From Utricularia gibba (lineage: Eukaryota; Plantae; Magnoliophyta), in assembly GCA_002189035.1 (NCBI GenBank), contig NEEC01000008.1, positions 744,001-808,000 on the forward strand: a stretch of DNA of 64,000 nucleotides, read 5' to 3'. Positions 58,363 through 64,000 of this stretch are shown here, one piece after another. The notes beneath the pieces are model-generated. The model was given only the letters and a program-made list of their open reading frames with translations, was not told the DNA's origin and ran no database searches. A program made the position numbers and the translations under genes. Positions within the stretch are counted from its first letter, which is position 1, and the number at the start of each line of letters is the position of its first letter.

Positions 58363-58407
58363 CTGGGGTTCTCCAAATCCAGACCAAGGAGCCAGAAAAG
58401 CTTTCCG

Positions 58408-59084
58408 ATGTGTGCGAGTGTGGATCCCTTGGTGGTGGGGCGTGTCATCGGCGATGTGATCGACCTGTTCGTCCCACGGTCCCGATGTCGGTTCACTACG
58501 GACCCAAACATGTCAACAATGGCTGCGACATCAAGCCCTCCTCAGCCGTGTCCCCCCAAGAGTCACCATCGCCGGCCGACCGGATCAGCTCTTCACTCTG
58601 GTGATGACCGACCCCGATGCTCCGAGCCCGAGCGACCCCACTCACCGTGAATGGGTTCACTGGTTAGTATCCCCTGTACTGCATGCCTTTCCTTAAAACC
58701 TGCAGCTCAAACCATTTTGCTTTCCCTCTCAAGGATTGTCACCGATATTCCAGGCTGCAGCCCCAATCTACACCGCGGTAACACAGGGTGGTACAACCTT
58801 ACTTGAGTATCTTTGGTGGTGTGACCCTCTGGTGCATGTGTGCAGGGAAGGAGGTGTTGGAGTACGCCGGACCAGTGCCGGCCATCGGGATTCATCGGTA
58901 CGTGCTGGTTCTGTTCATGCAGAAGTGCAGCCTGGAAGGGCGGGTGCGGTTGCAGGCGCCGGTGCAGCGCTCCAATTTCTCCACGCGGGCGTTTGCGCAG
59001 GCGTTTGATCTGGGCTCGCCGGTAGCCACCGTCTACTTCAACGCCCGCAAGGAGCCCAAAGCCACTCGCACCAAGCGCCGCTAG
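58408..59084 (+). CDS. MFT: PEBP family, MOTHER OF FT AND TFL1-like (3 exons; two apparent -1 frameshifts)
   Basis: [67 protein letters not shown] and [16 protein letters not shown]. The frame shifts at C-runs 58473-75 and 58552-57. Confidence 0.9.
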
Positions 59085-60594
59085 ACATTACAACATACCG
59101 TAAGACTCCTCCCTAATCTTAAACAATAAACTCTGTAGCTTTGTTTGTTTCCCTTTCCTTGGAAAATGATGTAATTCGACAAACCGGAAAAATGGATGAG
59201 AATTTTCACCATCAGAAATGTTGGAGTTCAAAGGTAAGTTGTAGAGATTTGGCGGTAAAGCTTGTGGGTGCTCTTTAGTAAATCAATTCTACTTTTGCAC
59301 TTACATACTATTCAAAATGTGTGAAATTAGACATAGAGAGTGTTTTGAACTCATTTTCGAAATTTCAATTGTGAAAATGAAAAATGAAGGGAATATTTAG
59401 AAAAATTATTTAAAAAGTGATTTTAGAAGAATTTAAAATTGTGTTAGAATGAAAATTAATATATTTGAAAATGATTTTTTTAAAAATAACCACTATAGAA
59501 TCCATACATGTTTATAATTCAAAAAAATAAGAATTTTTTTTATAAGTAAACAAAACACATATTCATATTTTTAATAATAATATTTTTATAAATAATTTAT
59601 ATTATTAAATATTATATGAATATATATTTTGTATTTATATTATTATAATAATTTAGATAAATTTGCATTAAAATTATAATTTAGAGTTGTATTATTTTAA
59701 TAATTTATTGAACTAAAACAAAAATACTACAAACATTAGTATTTATTTTAAAATGAAAATAATTTTAGTTATTTTTTTAAAAAATATTTTTTTTCAAAGT
59801 AAATTTTTCAAAAATTTCATAGAGAAGCTATTCTTTCTAATTGTTATAAAATAAAATAATTCTCAAATATCATTCTTGAAAGAATATAATTAAGTATATA
59901 TTTTGAAAGTAAAATTAATTCTTAAATTAAGAAGATAAACTGTTTTGCAAAAAATAGGTGATATCATTTTGAGAATTAGAATAAAAAATACAACATAAAT
60001 TTATCTACATTTCAAATAAAACCAAACTAATCATTACAAGATGAACTGATGAAGAAGAAGCATATGCAAAAGACAATCCCTCCTTTGAGACAAAGCATGT
60101 ATTAATTGGAATAGATCAATGAGCTTCATTCCTATCATACAAATATTGAATCTATGCCTTCTCACAATACAAAAGAATATAATAGTGATCATTTTTTTTA
60201 AATGACTCCTCAGTATTACTGGCTCTTTCTCCTATGAGATATGTAATTCATTTAATCATATTTGTCATAATTTTAATTTTTTAATTAAACCAATTTTAAT
60301 TAATTTTTGTATCTTATGCTATCAAAACCCATAAATATGGGTTGCCATTTGGAGTCAAGTAATTTATCCATTCACCGAGTAAATGAAGTTAATCAATGAA
60401 AAACTTTGGTAGAATATATTTGTGTTATTTCAATTATAATTAAGAAATATTATTTAATAATATTTTTAAATAATTTTTTCATTGAAATAAATGATATTTT
60501 TAAAGCATTTTAAATGAAGCGCAAACTATTTTAAAAATTATCGCCTGGGCAAATTTATCCCAACCAGTGGTAGCCATCCGATTCCACAGTAGTG

Positions 60595-61397
60595 ATGGCT
60601 GCCTCCGGGATGCCTCTCCGCCTTCAATTTCTTCTGGCATCTTTTCCGTCCCGCCGTCACCGTTCTACGTCCTCGCCCTTTGTTGTCTCTGCGTCTCGGA
60701 AGAGGGCTTCTTCCTCGTCCACGAATCGGAGGAGAAACAACAGCCCTCCAGTTACGACGCCTACGCAGATCCCAGACAACGAAACCAACGACATCAATGG
60801 AGTTGCCGATGTGAAGATTGATGATGGGTTTGTGATGCCAGTGCTTCCTGGAGAGAACCCTGATTTCTGGGAAGGCTCTCAGTGGGACGCTTTGGGATTC
60901 TTCGTTCAGTACATGTGGGCTTTCAGCATCGTTTTTGCGGTAATCTTCTTCGTTTATCCACTTGATGCGTTATTTTATGGTCGCCAGCGTTTCAATTAGA
61001 TAGTTCCCGTGTGGTGGCTGAGTGCTTATCTGACTTGAGTTCTAAAACATGATTGTTGATGCAAAGCACCTATTTTCCTGGTCTGGGATTTGGCCAGGAC
61101 CATTGAAATCTTATTGTTTCCATGGTCTCTGGGAAACTTATGGTTTCATTTATGTACTGTAACTCAACTCCGTTGAGTGAAGGACAAACACCTTTTTGAT
61201 CGCTGTTTGTGATTTGTATCCAGTTGGTTGCATGTGGCATTGCTGTGGCTACATATAACGAAGGAGCAACAGATTTCAAGCAAACCCCTGTGTACAAGGA
61301 ATCACTGCAAACTCGGGAGCTTCTGGAGGGACCTGATGCCTCCAACTCGCAGGTATTCGAAGCAAACCCGACGGAAGAAGCACCATCTTTGGAGTAA
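60595..61397 (+). CDS. Unassigned probable plastid membrane protein (2 exons)
   Basis: Ser/Arg-rich transit-like N-terminus, then DFWEGSQWDALGFFVQYMWAFSIVFA|LVACGIAVATYNEGATDFK (one hydrophobic span across a clean GT-AG intron) and an acidic tail ending EEAPSLE*. Confidence 0.8.
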
Positions 61398-61735
61398 TGA
61401 AGCAATTCAGTGGTTTATCAAAATGTAGCTATGTATGTGTGTGTAGGCATCGTTTTTCTGTGATACTCTCTTCATATTTTCTTTTGATGCTGCCGAGGCA
61501 GAATATTGAGCCTTGTATTTGCTCCATGAATTCTTAGTATATAGACTACACCTTTTTTATTGGATATAGTTATTTTCTGTGGCTTGAATCTCATTGTCTG
61601 TAGTTGAGTCACATAAAAATCAAGTCTTTCAGTTTGCATAGACTGTTGTAATGTCAAGCATTGGAAGTAGCTTATAGAATGCAGTTATTCCCTTGAAGAG
61701 GTAGTAGCTGAATGCCAATCCCAACAAAAGCTGAA

Positions 61736-62361
61736 CTAATACCAGGCAAATGCCGCCACTGCAGCGGCAGACAGAATCCTCCTGGAAGACCATCCATCAT
61801 AAGCACTTGAGCTTCCGCTTGTTCTAGCGGGCGCCGGTGCCGGTGCCGGGCTGCTTGCCGGAGGAATCCTCGGGGCGGAGGCGGATGGGGCACGGGGGAC
61901 ACGAATGTCCAGCTTCTGGCCGGCCTGGCAGTGACCGGGTACGCCGCACAGGAAGTAGAAATGGCCTGGACGCGGTATAACGAAGGAGTCGTTGCCACTA
62001 GACCGAGTGAAGTAGGGCGCTGTGGTGTTGCAGGCGTTGAAGTTTTTGTGGGTAACACGCACCAAGTTGTGGAAGTTCTGGTTGTACTGAAACACTGTTC
62101 ACAAACCATAACCAGATGATCGTACATTACCAGTAGAAAGAAAGAACAGAAACTACATCTTCAATGAACTGCGTTTGTGCATAACTTACGGAGAGTGTCC
62201 CCAACGGTAAAATTCCTAGAAGCAGCCCACTTGCTGTAAAAGTCAACAGTAATGTTGATGGTAGTCCACCCAGATTCTCCTCCCACCATGAAAACCTCTC
62301 CTTGACAAATTCCGGCCGCCATAGCAACCGCCAACAGTGGAACCAGAATAATGGTCGCCAT
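61736..62361 (-). CDS. Phytocyanin, stellacyanin/mavicyanin type (2 exons, probable GPI signal)
   Basis: Signal peptide, then VGGESGW..YSKWAASRNFTVGDTL|LFQY..FHNL..YFLCGVPGHCQAGQKL (His, Cys, His and an axial Gln), a Pro/Ala-rich linker and a hydrophobic C-terminus. Confidence 0.92.
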
Positions 62362-62671
62362 GGTGACACAGCTCCTACAACCTCTTCAATGGCAGATATT
62401 CATTTATACATACGAAGAAGAAGCAGGAGCAGAGAAAGAGGGAAGTTGTTCGTATTTGGAAACTGGAAATACTCTGAAAGGAAACACGCCAAACAGCCTT
62501 GACTGAGAAGGCTTTCTTTGATTCTCTTGCCTTATTCCAAGTGCAATGCCATTGCCTCAGTCAACTCCCATTCAAATCATATCATACCAAATTATGAACC
62601 ATGGAGGTGCGTGATTCTTCTGCAAAATAAGCCGAAACAACGAAGCATCACTCATCACTGATCACTGACTG

Positions 62672-63109
62672 ATGTCCCCAAACTTCAAAGAAGCCATATC
62701 TCATTTAAAACCGCAATCTTTCTTCATCTTACCAAATAATGCAACGGCGTCAGTTGGTCTACCGGCCCGAACCAAGCGATCAACAAAAGCTTCAAAACAT
62801 TTCACCCCAACTACCCCACGGCCATCAACTAGAACCTCATGGATAGCCTTAAAATCCTTCCTTCTCCCAAAATAACGTACCCAATAAGAGTAAACCTCAT
62901 CCGTGGCTTCAAACCCCGGCCTTGATTTCGCCCATCGGGGGAAATCAACCGCCGCACGAAAAAATCGAGCGGAAAGTCTCCCGTTGCTTAAGAGACTCGA
63001 CTTCTCATTTTCTCATGTGACCATTAGTCCCACCTTGCTGCTGGCCACGCTGCACGTAAAGTTCGAGCGGTTCAACCATCTGGGAGCTGTGGAGATGCTG
63101 GGAAGGCAT
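62672..63109 (-). pseudogene. PNM1: Truncated 5' fragment of the mitochondrial/nuclear PPR gene PNM1
   Basis: An ATG-less frame missed by the ORF track reads RWAKSRPGFEATDEVYSYWVRYFGRRKDFKAIHEVL..FVDRLVRAGRPTDAVALFGKMKKDCGFK*D, matching my recollection of PNM1 (YFGRRKDFK, DRLVRAGRP). In-frame TGA at 62703-62701; similarity ends at ~62672. Confidence 0.75.
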
Positions 63110-63459
63110 TGACGCAACAAAGAAATCAGGTGGGTTGCGCATTCTCAATGTTGGGTCCGGCCCATTATATCACTTTAGGCAATTAGGAGTTTCCTATATA
63201 AACCAGGCGGCTCATCCGAGTTAGAGTACCGAACCGGAATTGTGGTGGGATCGTTGCTCCTCCTATGCCTTCAGCCATGGTATTTATCCCTTGAATTTGT
63301 TTTGTTGATGATAGGCTTTTGCAGTTGTGGATAGATGCATGTTTGGGTTCTTGGTTGATTTTTTTTTATTGCTTGGTTATTGATTGTGAAAAAATATTTC
63401 TAGAGTCTAACATGATGTATATATATATGATTGTCCAGAAATCCAGAACGTGTCATCTA

Positions 63460-64000
63460 ATGGAACTTAGATCATTACCAAGCCAACGAAGTCAATTCAG
63501 ATGGTTGTTGTCTATAGTATGCTGCATTCTACTATTCACTCTATCTAACATCTTCATTCAATATTTTGGTAAGTGATACATCACATGTTCTAAATTCTTC
63601 TCAAACTTGACAACATGCATGCTTATAGCTTCCTTTTCTACAGTGAATTTGGAGATATCAATGGTGCTGGATCTCAAACTGCTTAAATATTCCAAAGAAC
63701 TAGAGAAATGGGTAGATCAAATGCCAGAATCAATACATAATTTGACCAATTCCAGATCAGATGCATATCAACTTGATGGAGATATAAGAGTTGATGGGAA
63801 ATCTTCAACTATTCTCATAGCAAGTTCGCAAGATCATATTACCTCTTGGACTTTGAAGCCTTACACTAGAAAATTTGATCCTTATGTAATGAACTATGTC
63901 AAGATGTGGAAGATCAATGCTCAACCTGCTGCAAATCTCCCTTCGTGTGATCGAAAAATGACATCTCCAGCCGTACTATTCTCTGGAGGGGGATATACTG
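63460..64000 (+). CDS. Glycosyltransferase family 61 (DUF563), 5' part; runs off the window
   Basis: N-terminal membrane anchor, then exon 2 in frame: RSDAYQLDGDIRVDGKSSTI..SWTLKPYTRKFD..LPSCDRKMTSPAVLFSGGGYT(G). Confidence 0.85.

Noticed and set aside
62375-62396. Possible miR408 site in the phytocyanin leader
   Set aside because: Too many mismatches, including at the miRNA 5' end.

Overview
This is flowering-plant nuclear DNA, not prokaryotic: spliced genes with mostly short GT-AG introns and very AT-rich spacers. I read about 20 intact or near-intact genes: CUL1 (3' part), PRXIIF, POB1, CSP41b, a PP2-A F-box, an unassigned 99-aa ORF, a HOTHEAD-like GMC oxidoreductase, KNAT7, a SOC1-clade MADS box, STAY-GREEN, STR6, a Sec14/CRAL-TRIO gene, TFB5, SEC1/KEULE, an ICT1-like peptidyl-tRNA hydrolase, MFT, an unassigned probable plastid membrane protein, a stellacyanin and a GT61 (5' part). 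There are two gene relics (Hsp70-interacting protein HIP; a 5' fragment of the PPR gene PNM1). A nested transposon cluster at 33.7-40.6 kb holds a dead PIF/Harbinger interrupted by a foldback-type insertion and a solo LTR, with an adjacent hAT MITE. Six frameshifts in CUL1, the F-box gene and MFT are each repaired by adding one base to a short G or C run, so they are probably assembly errors. The most unusual unexplained signal is a ~500-nt GC-rich non-coding island (11.9-12.4 kb) full of hairpins, including a GCAA tetraloop stem. It is followed by an exact plant snRNA-type USE with a TATA at Pol II spacing, but no recognisable snRNA. Other notable items are an MFT gene lacking the conserved first intron and the orphan 99-aa ORF. 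No rRNA, tRNA or CRISPR was found. All homology calls come from recalled family motifs by eye; no searches or folding programs were run, and exon boundaries were read manually.
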